Shown here one piece after another: positions 35,485-46,976 of a DNA stretch of 64,000 nt. Where the stretch lies: positions 1,612,001 through 1,676,000 of the forward strand of contig OZ251234.1 of the NCBI GenBank assembly GCA_965240325.2. The letters are read 5' to 3'. Source of the stretch: Rebecca billardiae RCC1528. Lineage: Eukaryota; Protista; Haptophyta. The number at the start of each line of letters is the position of its first letter. Within the stretch, counting starts at the first letter, position 1. A program made the position numbers and the translations under genes. The notes under the pieces were generated by a model. The model worked only from the letters and a program-made list of their open reading frames with translations, did not search any database and had not been told where the DNA came from.

Positions 35485-36455
35485 GCACGTCGACACGAAG
35501 TCGGCGTTGGTGGCAGAATTGTACCGTTGGCGGCGAGCCCCCAAGAATCAGAGCGCCGATCGGCGCCGCGATGAGTTCGGGTGGTGGACGGGGCTCCATG
35601 GGTCGAGAGTGACGGGGTGATGGGCCACGATGAGCCCGTCATCACCCAGTGACCTTGTGCGGTGCCAGCTCGCCCTCCGCTTCGTCGCCACTCGCACCCG
35701 CACCACGTCGCGCTCGCGCATGCGCATCATGCGCCATCTTGTGCGCTATGTCCTTGCGCAGTTTGCTCGGCAGCAGGGTGCTCGTGGCCGGTGGTCGCTG
35801 TCGCGGAAGATCGGAATGTGTGCAGCTACGATGTATCCCAGACGCCCCCTGCGCTATATCCTAGGCGCCACCAGTCTGTCCTTGTCGAGCGCGTTGGAGA
35901 GCCAATGTTGGAGAGACACGCACGTCGCGCAAACACTCGCGGAAGCAGCCTGCACAGCGGTGTGCGGGCTTTGCTGTGCGCACATGACAAAGGTGTACGG
36001 TCTGCGCCGCCATCGTGCAAGCAGCGATGGCGCGGCGGGCACCCTCGCATGCAGCGATGCAATGGCGAGTACCAGCCGGCTACGAGGAGCCGGCCGAGGG
36101 AGGCCTGAGCACCCGCGGTCCTTCGCGCCACGAGGGCTGGACCATGTATTTAAGGCCGTCGCCTGTCACGCTGCAGTGTGCGACGTGAGACTCATCCGGG
36201 CGGCAGCTTGATGTTGACCCCCGCCTGCTGCGAAGAGCAGGCACGGAAGGAGGCCCGAGCGGAAGCGGTGCTCCGCGTCACAATAAGGGCCGGGAGCGTC
36301 GTGCGCCAATAACTAATCAGTAATCTGTCACACGTGATGATGATGCTGCCAGACTCTTAGTATAAACGCACGTATTTTACTCCGGACTTCTGGCGCCGCC
36401 GACTCGACTACGTGAGTTGACACCGCCACTGGCATCGATGGCGGCAGCAACTGAA

Positions 36456-36554
36456 TACAGTTTACTACAAATACAGTAAGAGACGCACACAGCTCAGGCA
36501 GGCGAGATTACAGTTTACTAAGAATAAGAGACGCACACAGCTCAGGCAGGCGAG
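36456..36554 (+). repeat. Tandem pair of a ~46-53-bp dispersed repeat
   Basis: TACAGTTTACTA(AGAA/CAAATACAG)TAAGAGACGCACACAGCTCAGGCAGGCGAG twice; third copy at 42392-42441. Confidence 0.93.
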
Positions 36555-37221
36555 TACGGGCGGCGAGGGCGGTGCACGGACTTACCGCGCAAGAGTGTTA
36601 TTTGTTGAGCCCGACCGCCGTAAAAGCGCTTCGTGCCCGAGTGGTTAAGAACCGGCACGAAGGCTCAGGCTCAACATTATGTATTATGACGAGCGGCAGT
36701 ACTTATGATGTATGCTGTCCGAAGATGCGATTTGACCGATGAATCATCAGGCGCGCACGTGATAACATTAACAGTAGAATATAGATTGAGCTAGTTACTG
36801 CGGCGTCTGTGCGGCTTCGCGTCGTCCGTAAGTCGATCACAGCAATGATACTGTGACTGATGGAAATATATATGGGAAATATGTACATAGCAGCAGCATC
36901 GATTATTAGTGTCTGTTCAGTACGAGTCGTAGTAGCTATACTCCTTTAAAATGATTGCCGGCGGGCTTGTATATGACATAAGTCGTGCTGACAGTATATA
37001 TATATATACGACTACAGTCACCGCTCGGGATGATGATCGCCCGAATCGTCGCCAATCGGGATCAGATACTCAGGGATGATGCCGCCATACGATGACGACT
37101 CCATCGTCACGGGGTTTATGTATGTATGTATACTTATTATAGACTCGACGCGGTCGGCATACACACCTGCTCACACAGGTGTTCTGATGATAGTGTGTCG
37201 GCATCCTCACTGCACCTGCGA

Positions 37222-37800
37222 TCAGTCCAAGTGTCCACGTGCACGTTTCCGCCGCACACCGACGACGCTCTGTGTCGCCAGTGGCCACGAGGATCCCCTG
37301 GATGGGCGCGAAGGCGCCATGTCATCTGAGCCGGGATCGATTGACTTCGATGCGCTTGATCCGCCTCGACGCCTCAGAGCGTGCTGGGTACCTTCCAGAA
37401 GCTGGAGCATAGCGTGATGTGCAGCAACACGCACCTTTGCGGTTGCATCTTGGGCACCGATGCGCAGCTGCCGCACAGCGGACGGCTCATGCTTCCGCGA
37501 CCACTGCACAATCCGCTTTGCGATGCTCTCCTCACTCGCGATGATGCCAAACGCGAGACCCTTGCTGCAGCCAACGGCGATGCCCACAGGTCCAAGCGTG
37601 ATGCCACCAATGGTGGCGCCAGCCGCTGCGTGCGCGGCAATCTCGCGCCATCGGCTTTCGCGCTGCGCTCGCTTGACCGTAGACGGCGACGGGCTAGACG
37701 CCGGCGTAGACGTCGCCGCCAGCGACGGATCCGATCTGGCCCGAACTATGTGCTTCGGTTCCAGCGTGCGCGACCGGAGTTGGCGGACGGCCGTAGCCAT
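37222..37800 (-). CDS. Hypothetical glycine-zipper membrane protein (~192 aa)
   Basis: MATAVRQ...IAAHAAAGATIGGITLGPVGIAVGCSKGLAFG, a GxxxG zipper. Confidence 0.55.
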   Translation of the reverse strand: MATAVRQLRSRTLEPKHIVRARSDPSLAATSTPASSPSPSTVKRAQRESRWREIAAHAAAGATIGGITLGPVGIAVGCSKGLAFGIIASEESIAKRIVQWSRKHEPSAVRQLRIGAQDATAKVRVAAHHAMLQLLEGTQHALRRRGGSSASKSIDPGSDDMAPSRPSRGSSWPLATQSVVGVRRKRARGHLD

Positions 37801-38337
37801 GGCGACTTGGGGCGCGTCGGCGCGTGACGACGGCCGGTCGCTGAAAGTGAAAGGCAAGCTTCCTGGAACTTTTCCGCGCAGCGTTCCGCGTGGGAACGCC
37901 GAACTTAAATTTCGCGTCGCATAAAGTAATAGCGCGTCGTAGTAGTATTTTAGATTTTTCACATCGGGATCACCTTTCCTCTGAGTGACCTGACTGACGG
38001 CAGTCAAGTCAATTACACGTAGTATGACACTAGCCGTATATGAGCGGAAGGGGCGTGATGGGACCACCACATTCTGTGACGGGGAGTACGGTCGCCGTTG
38101 TGACTCAGATCATCCGAGACTGAGCGTGCCCGCCGGGACGGCCTACGCCTGACTCTCACTCCGGCTCGGACCGCGATCACTTCACGGGTGAGTCGCAGCC
38201 GGGTCCGCGGTCGGCCGAGGCGCGGCACTGACCTGAGTGAGCTGGGCTCTGCGCATCGGCTGCAGGCCGGCGCTCCACGGTCTGCGCGCACGCTGGCGGC
38301 TGCGCGTGGTCAAACAAGACACTGTCACCGCGTCGCG

Positions 38338-41300
38338 CTAGTCAGCAGAGGGCGCGTCCTCGTCGGCGGCGCCCTGAGCGAGCGTCTCGCTCCTCGGCTC
38401 CTCGGTGGTCGGCATGACGAGGCCGACGCTGGGCAGCTCGGCGGTGGACTTTGGCTGGGTGTGGTGCCAGAGGCCGTGGGGCACCCACGAGCCGTCCCAA
38501 TCAGGGGCGAGCCCGGGCGATCCCTCCACCAGCAGCGACTTGATGCGCCTGGCGAGCATCGTACACAGGTGGTCGTGCGGTGCCTCGGCGCACTTGTCGG
38601 CCGCGGCCGTCATGTCGTGCGCCTGATAGAGTGAGTAGGCCTGCTGATAGATGCGCATCGCCTGCGCACACGGGTGACGGCGGCGCGCTGACGCCGGCCG
38701 TCAGTCAACCGGAGCGCGCGTGCACGGCGCGGCGCGCGCGGAGCAGGCGCGGGCGCGGGCTCGAGCTCGGAGCGTCGCGGCTGCGCGCACCCGAGCCTCC
38801 TCGTCCGTCGGCTGCGTCTTTGCCAGGTTGTTGAGCATGTGCACGCGCACCGACTCGGTGCGCACGCCCGGCAGTCTCACCACGTCCGCCTCGCGCGTCA
38901 CAAAGTGGGCGGACACCTCCTGGAGGGTGAGGTCGGTGATGAGCAGCCGCGTGCCGCCGTACTCGTCGGCGGCGTCGGCAAGCCTCTTAGCCACGTCGAC
39001 GACCGGCCCCATCACCGTGTACTCCTCGAGCTTCTCGAAGCCGATCGTGCCAGTGGTGACGTCGCCGATCACGACCGCGGCCGACAAGGCGAGCTCCTCC
39101 TGCGCGGCCTCGCGCCTCTTCTTGTTGAGCACGACGAACTTGTCGTAGGCGCGCAGCGCGGCGCGGCACGCGCGGACGGCGTCGTCGCCCGCGGGCGACG
39201 CGTATGGCACGCCAAAGCAGCCCACCACAGACGTGCCCGTGTACCGGAGGACGACTCCCTGCGAGCGCGCGGCGCGGCGCAGAGCGAGCGGTCAAGCGGT
39301 CAGTCAGCCAGGCCGAGGCCGAGGCGAGAGCTGCTGCTGGTGCGCTCTCGCGCGCGCCCAGGGGGGCTGCGCCCCGGGGCCGGTGCGCGCCGCGCCCCGC
39401 GGCGCGCTCGGGCACGGCGCGCACACAGAGGGTAGCCCGCGCGGGTGGGCAGCCGGGCGGGCGGGCGGGCGCACCTCTTCCTTGAGGATGGCCTTGCCGA
39501 TGTGCATCGACGCCTCGTTCATGACTTTGAGCGATTGCACTGGGTCGTGCCCTTTCGCGGCGAAGACGGACGCGCCGCTGAAGCCGAAGGTGCTGGGCGC
39601 GCGCACGTTGAGGTGGACTATCGCCACGCGCTGCGTCTTGCCTGTCATGTGCCGCGCCTTCGGGTCGAAGTCGTGCTCGACGTACGCGGCCACCCTGTCG
39701 GGCGGCATGTAGCGCGTGAGCGCTGCCGTGAGCCGCTGCTGCGCCCCCTGCTCCTCAAGCATCACCACCACGCCGCTCGCCTCGCCCGCGTAGTCCTTGA
39801 GCGGCACCATCTTGACGTTGACGAGCGCGGACGTGATGGCCGACTTGAACTCGTAGTCAAACACAGACACGGACGTGTGGTGCTCGTAGCATGAGCGCAT
39901 GTTGTCGCACAGCAGCTTGTTGCGCTCGGCGAGCCACTCAGAGTAGTGCCGGCCCACCCACCCCTTCCACCGGATGTTGAGGAAGGAGCTCGCGCTCTCG
40001 CTCTGCTTCTGGTTGACCGACTTGAGCAGGCCGGCTCGGTCGAAGGTGAGGACGATCGAGTCGAGCGAATGCATCACGCCCTCGAGGAAGTGCTGCTGCT
40101 CGACCGACTTGCGGTAGAGCATCGAGTTCTCGAGCGCGATCGCCGCCTGCGCGCCGAGCGCCTCGACAACGTGCACGTCGTCGTCGGTGAAGGTGATGTA
40201 GTCGCTCAGGTCGCTGGGCAGCTCGGCGCCGCCGCCCTGCTCGGCGAAGTTGCGCGAGATGCGCTGAGAGACGCGCTGCGTCGCCACCGCCATCTGGCTT
40301 GCCGACATGTTGCTCACGTTGAGCCCGCCGACGAGCGTGGAGCGGTGCACGGCCGCCATGGCGGGGATGCGCATGCGCGGCCGCGCCGCGTCCGAGTTGG
40401 AGTGCGTCGAGCACGGCGACTGCGGCTCGAGCGCGGGCGTGGTCGGGGTCGGCGCGGCGGCGAAGCTCGTCCGCGACTTGGAGCCGATAGCGAGCTGCGT
40501 CTCGAGCCTGCGCACGTGTGCGGCGCGCTTCTTGTTGAGCATCTGCACGACGCCGACCGTCGTGCCCTCGCGGCTGCGGATCGGCACGCATAGCACCGAC
40601 TGCGTGCGCCCGCCGATCTCCGCGTCGATCGCGACGAGGTCGGGGTCGTCGCTGAAGCGCTCGTCCTCGTACGCGCTCGGTATGTTGAGCACCTCGCCCG
40701 ATGACGCGGCGTGCCCGACCATCCCGGCGGTGAGCGGCAGCCGCAGGTCGAGCTCCTGCGCCTCGCCCACGCTCTCCTCGTCAAACTCCTCGCCGCGCGG
40801 CAGCACGAACAGCACGAGCTCGCGCTTCTCCGGCTCGACGAGGAAGAGGCACGCGCGCTCGGCGTGGGTGAGCTCCTTCGCGCGCGACATGACGATGTGC
40901 GCCAGACGCTCCACCTTGATCTCAGAGCTGAAGAGCTTGGCGGTGTCCAGCACCATCGCCGCCTCCTCCTGCGACTTGACGATCGCCTTGTGCTCGAGCG
41001 TGAACAGAATGTGGGCGCGCGAGGTGTTGAGCATGGTCTGCGCGGTGACCAGGTCGCTCTCGTCGAACGCGCGGTCGCCGAGCTTGTCCAGCGCAAGGAT
41101 CACGCCAAACGCCACGCCGCGGTCGTCGAGCAGTGGCAGCACCATCATCGAGCTGGGGAGCGCCGCCCTCTCCGCGCCCGACGGGCCGGCGCCGGCGTCG
41201 GAGGGGACGGCGCCGCGCAGGCCGAGGTCGACGGCCTTGTCGAAGGCGTCGTCCGTCACCGGCGAGTCGATCACGCGCGACTGCCCGTCCGTCAGCGCGC

Positions 41301-42231
41301 GGCCGACGATGCCTGACATGGGGAATCGCACCGTCGTGAACTGCGCGCGGTTCGGGTACGTGGTGAAGAGCCGCGGCCCGCCGGGCGTGTCGTCGTCCTC
41401 GCGCACGAAGAACGTGCAGTGCGTGCAGCGCAGGATGGACTGCAGCGCCATCGTCACGTTCTGGATCGTCAGGTCGAGGTCGAGCCCCGACTGCGCGACC
41501 GACGACATGAGCAGCACATTCCCGACCTGCCGGCGCCGCGCGGCGGAGGCGAGGCGAGCGCAGCGCGCGCGCCGGGATGCGCACGGCAGGCGTGCGAGCG
41601 TGAGCGAGCGCGCCGCGCGCGCGACCGGTGCGCCGCGGTGCGGTGCGCGTCGGGCGGTGCCGCGCGCCGCGCGTGCAGCCGCCGCGGCCAGCCGCACCCG
41701 GTTCGTCTGGTACGCCCACTCGATCAGAAAGCGCTCTCGCTCAGAGCTGTCGAGCGAGCGCACCTCCTCGATCATGCGCTCGATCGGCAAGTCCTCCGTC
41801 ATGGGCTTGGTGGCGGAGAAGAGCAGCTGGTAGAAGTCCGTGCACGCCTTCCTCTTCTCGAAGGGCGCCTCGACGAGCGGCTCGTAGCAGCTCGCCTGGT
41901 CGACAGTCGCCTCGCGCACGACATCGTAGAACCATGGCAGTGAGCCCGTCTGGCTGGCGCGCTTGACCATGCTGCTGGTCTCGTGGTGCTCGTTCCGCCG
42001 CTTGATCATCTCGGGGGTCACGCTATTGCGGCCGGCGGGCCGCATGTCGGCTGTCGTCGCGTTCGCCGTCACCCGCTCTGCCCGCGCAACAGCGGCCGGC
42101 GAGGACGGAGGCCCAACGTTGGGCAGATCGGCCACGGCGTCTTCGCCGGCCGTCGGCGTCTCCTCAGCCTCGGTCTGGCCAGGCGCGGGGCCCTTGTCCT
42201 TCGGTGGCTCGGTCGATGCACCGCAGCCCAT
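38338..42231 (-). CDS. GAF-GAF-PAS-class III nucleotide cyclase-like protein (CyaB-like architecture), probable pseudocyclase; N-terminal MGCGAS acylation motif
   Basis: Exons 42231-41698, 41526-39475, 39258-38791, 38661-38338 (all GT-AG). GAF motifs (GIVG, GMVGH, LNIPSAYEDERF, NK..FTDDD), PAS region, cyclase fold (FGVP, EYTVMG..V..A.RL), C-terminal PDWDGSW. Confidence 0.88.
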
Positions 42232-42391
42232 GCGCGCCGCGTCGCTCCCGTCCCGACGGGCGTCCGAGCGTGCGCGCCAATGAAGATGGTCGCGCCCTGG
42301 GCCCGCCTCGACGCGTGAGATGCCCCGCTTTGTGCCGAGTTCATCATCGGCACGTGTAACGAACTACTGAACGACCTATCGAGCGAGCCGG

Positions 42392-42441
42392 TACAGTTTA
42401 CTAAGAATAAGAGACGCACACAGCTCAGGCAGGCGAGATTA
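42392..42441 (+). repeat. Third copy of the ~50-bp dispersed repeat
   Basis: TACAGTTTACTAAGAATAAGAGACGCACACAGCTCAGGCAGGCGAGATTA; first 46 bp identical to 36509-36554. Confidence 0.93.
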
Positions 42442-43011
42442 TCCGGCCAATCCGGGTATCTACTTGCACAGCAACTTGACGATGGCGGTGTCGTGTCCGG
42501 AGCGGTGGCCCCGACGGACCACCTCGCGGTGGCTGTGTTCACGATTCGTCACTCAGCGGGTGGCCGACCAGCCTTGGCAGTCAGCGGCCGCGCTTGGGCC
42601 GGCGCGTCTGTCCGCAGACCACAGCCGCGGGCCGCACTGAATCAGTGTCATTGTCAACCTGTAATTGAATAAATTGGCCTGCTAATTACAGTGCGCCACC
42701 GGGCCGCAGACTTCTAGTCAGGCCGCGCTCAAGCAATCCGATCGCGGTGCAGGCTATGCTCTGCCACCAATAACGCCGACTTCGTGTTGACGATCGGGCA
42801 CTGCCGCCAATCAGGAGACCCGCGTCGTCCCATACTGACATACTCCTCGGTCCTCCGATACTGTCCTAAGTTACGGTCCGCAGTAGTTTAAAATTAATAA
42901 AAAAAATCATAGTATTTTAAAATAAATAAATTAGAATGAGTCAATTATGATGGACACAGGAGCTGTGCACAGCACTCAGCAGAATTCCGAGACTCAGTCC
43001 GAGAAGTGATG

Positions 43012-45781
43012 CTAAGCACAGGCGCCCTCCGGAACCTCGGCGAGCGGCTTCGGGAGCAGCTTCGTGTACGGCACGCAGAACTGCGTGCCCTGCCCGTTGT
43101 CCCGCGACGGGATCGACCGCGCCTCGCCGAGGGCGAGCACATCCGGCGGGATGAAATCTGAGCACTTGCTGTATTTGCGCGCCGCGAATGAGCCGCGGCT
43201 GAGCTGCGGCCACACGGCCGCGGGCACACGGCTCAGGAGCACCGACGGCGACATGACGCCCTTGACGTCCGCCTTGGCCTGGAGGGACGCGCGCGGGCGG
43301 CGCGCGCGCGCGCACGGAGCCGGCTCGGCGCCACGCCGCCGCACGCGCGCGCGCTCGCGCTGTCGCGCGCAACCGCACGGCCGCGCGGCCGCAGCGCAGC
43401 CGCAGCCGCCGGCGCAGCAGCAGCGCTCACCTCACCCGCGACACTCACGCGCAGGCTGACAAACTCACTCGCCGGCGATGCCCAGAAATCGGAGCGCTGC
43501 GGCACGCGCTCGACGCTGAGCGTCGCGCCCGCCTCCTCCGCGCCCCTCAGCGTGCTCACGTGCGCGCCCGCCGCCGAGCGCAGCGCCGCGTCCACGCCCC
43601 CGTCCCCCGCGTGCTGCCGCACCGCGCTCTCCAGCTCGGCGCGTGTGAGCTTGGCATAGCTGATCTGCCCGTGGCACTCAGAGCACCAGGGCTCGATGGC
43701 ACCGATGAGCTCGGTGAACTGTCGGTCGAACGCCACGCGCGCGCCGGCGTCCGCGAATCCGCAGAAGGCGCCGTGCGCGCTCGGCTCCACCTTGAGGACC
43801 TGCGGCGGGAGGCGAAGAAGGAGAAAAGAAGAAGCCGCACGCGCGGCGCGGCGCGGCGGCAGCCACAGCGGATCAGGCGGAGGTGCGCACCGCGCCGGCG
43901 CGCCGGTCAGCAGCGGTGTGCCGCAAGCGCGGTCCGGCGCGGCGCGGAGTGCGAGGGCTGAGGCGGGGCCGTGCCAGCGGGCACGGGAGCAGCCGGCCCG
44001 AGCGGCGCGTGCCGAAGCGGCCGCGCGTGCGCGTGCGCGGGCTCCGCCGCGCGCGGGCCCGCGCGCACCTTCGCGCCGGCCGCCTGCGCGCTGCTCCCGT
44101 GGGGACCGAACCGAGCGGCCGCCTCTGCATCCGTGAGCCCGCGCGCCGGCATGTCCGCCGTGGCGGCGGCGGGCGGCGCGGAGGGGAGCGGGTCGCCGGG
44201 CGCGGTGCCCGGCGCGCGGATGACCGCGACGCTCGCGTTCTCCAGCGCGCCGCCCTTCTCGGCGAAGCGCGCGTCGCGGTAGCGCACGCCCTTCCGCCGC
44301 CACGCCGAGAGCTGGAGCACGTGGTCAACCGGGCATTCAAATGGCATGTACTGGCCGTCCGCGTGCGCGCCCGGGTACATGTGCTGGAAGAGGAAGACGT
44401 TGTCGTGCCCCGCCCACACCTTGTCGCAGAAGCAGCGGAAGTGCGGCAGCACCAGCGTGCGCCCGAGCGCCTGCGCGAGCGCCAGCCCGTCGCGCAGGTT
44501 TCGCAGCTGCCATCGGAGCATCTCGAGGTGTGCGCCCAGGCCGAGCTCGGCGCGCGGGTTGCGCGCGTCGAGGTCGCCCGAGCCGACGACGAGGAAGGTG
44601 CCGGCGGAGTTCTCGGCGGGCTCGGGCAGCGCCCAGTGGCCCACGTCGCGGAAGCGCTGCTCCTTCGCCTCCGCGCTCGAGCCGTCGTACGTGTACGTCG
44701 CGTGCGCCGCGTACGGGCGCGCGCCGTGGTACTCGGGCCGCCCCTCAATGCGCCGAACAAAATAGCCGTGGCCGTTGGCGAACAGGAGCGTGGGCAGCGT
44801 GCCGAGCGTGATGGCGTTGGCGGGGCGCGCGAGGGTCCACTTGCCGGGGGTGAGCGAGGGGAACCCGCCCTGCCGCGCGATCCGGTTGAACACCTGCTGG
44901 TCCGACGTCAGGTCCCGGAATTCTCCCGGACCATTCTCAACGTACTCGTGCCACTTCTTGGCAAACGCCGCGCCCGACTCGGTCGCGCGGATCACGATGA
45001 TGCCCGTGTTGAACGTGCCGTGGTACGCGTCCTGCATGGCCATCTTGGCGTTCTTGCCGGGCGAGAGGTTGTCCGACGACGCCATCACGTCCGCGTGCAC
45101 CAGCTCCGCGCAGAACGCGCGCTCCTGCTCGGGCAGCTCGGGCGCGCACGACACAAGGAACGGGCGCGGGTCTCGCAGCCACAGCACGTCGACGTCCGTC
45201 ATGATCACAGAGTAGCCCTTCGCGACGATGGTCGCGACCTCGCCGGTGCGCGTGACCGCGAACTTCTTCCACGACGCCCCCGAGTGGCTCGACGAGCCGT
45301 CCACGTGGCCGATGTCCAGCAGGTACGTCGGCGCGCCAACGCCCTGCAGGAGTTCAAACGCCGGCCTGTCGACCGCGCCGATCACGTGAGGGATGCGCGC
45401 GCGCTTCAGGTGCTCGGCGAAGTTGAGGAGCATGCCCTTGAACGCGGCGTTGCAGAACGTGACGAGCACGATCCGTGGCTCCGAGGGCGGCACCGCGCGC
45501 TCGAGCGCCGCGTCGAGGCTGTCGCAGCACGGGCCGGCCGCGGCTGCAGCCGGAGCAAACTGAGTCGACGCCGGCTGCGCGCCGAGGTGCGCGGGCCCTC
45601 CGGCCCTTCCTGCGGCAGGCTCGCCGGTGGAGCCGTGCGCGGAGTGCGTCGCCGAGCCGTCGAGGGTGCTCCCCACCGGCGAGGGCGGCTCAGGGCCGAC
45701 GACGTACACGGAGAAGGTCGCGATGTACGCGAGCGTGACGAGGATGGCGCCGCCGAGCATGGCGCGCTGGACGCTCGGCAT
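43012..45781 (-). CDS. Nucleotide-diphospho-sugar transferase, GT77, XEG113 arabinosyltransferase-like; type II membrane
   Basis: N-terminal TM, VLVTFCN, TDVDVLWLRDP, DVMASSD, FNTG, DQQVFN, LFANGHGYF, HATY, QLRN..ALAQALGRTLVLP.F.CFCD. Exons 45781-44069, 43799-43431, 43278-43012. Confidence 0.87.
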
Positions 45782-46007
45782 CGCGCGCCGAGGCGCTGGG
45801 CTGCTTCGCGCGTCGGCGGGTGGGGGTGCTGCCGGTGGCAGACGAGAGGCGCCGGCGACACACACTCGGTAAGCCCACCCGGGGGCCGGCACGCGCCCGC
45901 GCGCACGACAGCACGCGGTGACGAAGGGCGCGCCGCCGCGAGTGGGGGCGCCTGGATCGCGCACGATGGCTTCCTCCGCCTCGCATTGCATGCTGGTGTG
46001 ACCACGC

Positions 46008-46976
46008 ATGGGGGGCATGCGCATCGCCAAGCGCCTCGCACGCGTCGGGCTCTGCTCCCGGAGGGAGGCTGAGCGCCTCATCGCACAAGGGCGGGTCGTG
46101 GTGAACGGCACGGCCATCACCAGCCCGAGTACGCGTGTCACGGACGCGGACGCGCTCAGGGTCGATGGCGAGGTCGTCGGCCCAATCCCACCGACGCGCA
46201 CGTGGCTCTTTCACAAGCCCGTGGGCTGCCTCACGTCGCATCACGACCCGTGTGCGGACTTCCCGACACTCTTCTCGCTCCTTCCGCCGGAGCTGCCGCG
46301 CGTCGTCTCCATCGGCCGCCTCGACGTGATGTCAGAGGGCCTGCTCATCCTGACCAACGACGGCGAGCTCGCGGGCCGGATCGAGCGCTCCAGGCTGCCG
46401 CGAACGTACGCCGTCACGGTCGGCCCACCCGCGCTCGCGCACGCCCTGCGGGCCGTGCTGCCGCGCGAGCTTGGCTGCGGGGTGCACGTGGATGGCATGC
46501 GCTACGCCCCGATAGCGGCGCGGTGGACTGCTGATGCGGAGCTCCAGCTCCGCCTCACCGAGGGCAAGAACCGGGAGATCCGACGGCTGATGCGCCACTA
46601 CGAGCTGCGCGTGCGCCGGCTGCAGCGCACGGCCTTCGGGCCGCACACGCTCAGTGCAGTCCCAGCGCGCGGCCAGGTCGTGGAGGTGAGTCCGGCTGAC
46701 CTCGAGCGCAGTCTTGACGACGACGGCGCAGTACAGAACGACGACCATGCCGATCGTGACGGCGATCGTGCTCCTTGCGGCGACGACGTCGTTGTCGTCG
46801 ATCGGGACGAGGATGCCACTGCTCGCTACGACGACGACGACCTCAACGAAGCACGCAGGGGGGCGGGTGGACCCTCGGGGCTGTGTACGACGGACGCGCG
46901 TGGCCGCTGGCGGCCAGACTGCTCCGCCTCCGCCCAGCCTGATGATGCCGACGGGCGGCCCGGGCTGGAGACGTGA
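46008..46976 (+). CDS. Pseudouridine synthase, RsuA/RluB/E/F family (S4 plus catalytic domain)
   Basis: RIAKRLARVGLCSRREAERLI (S4), HKPVG, IGRLDVMSEGLLILTNDG (catalytic Asp), EGKNREIRR. Confidence 0.93.
   Translation: MGGMRIAKRLARVGLCSRREAERLIAQGRVVVNGTAITSPSTRVTDADALRVDGEVVGPIPPTRTWLFHKPVGCLTSHHDPCADFPTLFSLLPPELPRVVSIGRLDVMSEGLLILTNDGELAGRIERSRLPRTYAVTVGPPALAHALRAVLPRELGCGVHVDGMRYAPIAARWTADAELQLRLTEGKNREIRRLMRHYELRVRRLQRTAFGPHTLSAVPARGQVVEVSPADLERSLDDDGAVQNDDHADRDGDRAPCGDDVVVVDRDEDATARYDDDDLNEARRGAGGPSGLCTTDARGRWRPDCSASAQPDDADGRPGLET

Noticed and set aside
36456-36554. CRISPR-like array
   Set aside because: Only two adjacent units, no unique spacers, no cas genes, eukaryotic context.
36626-36700. 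Complete tRNA gene
   Set aside because: No anticodon arm, T-arm or acceptor pairing could be built.
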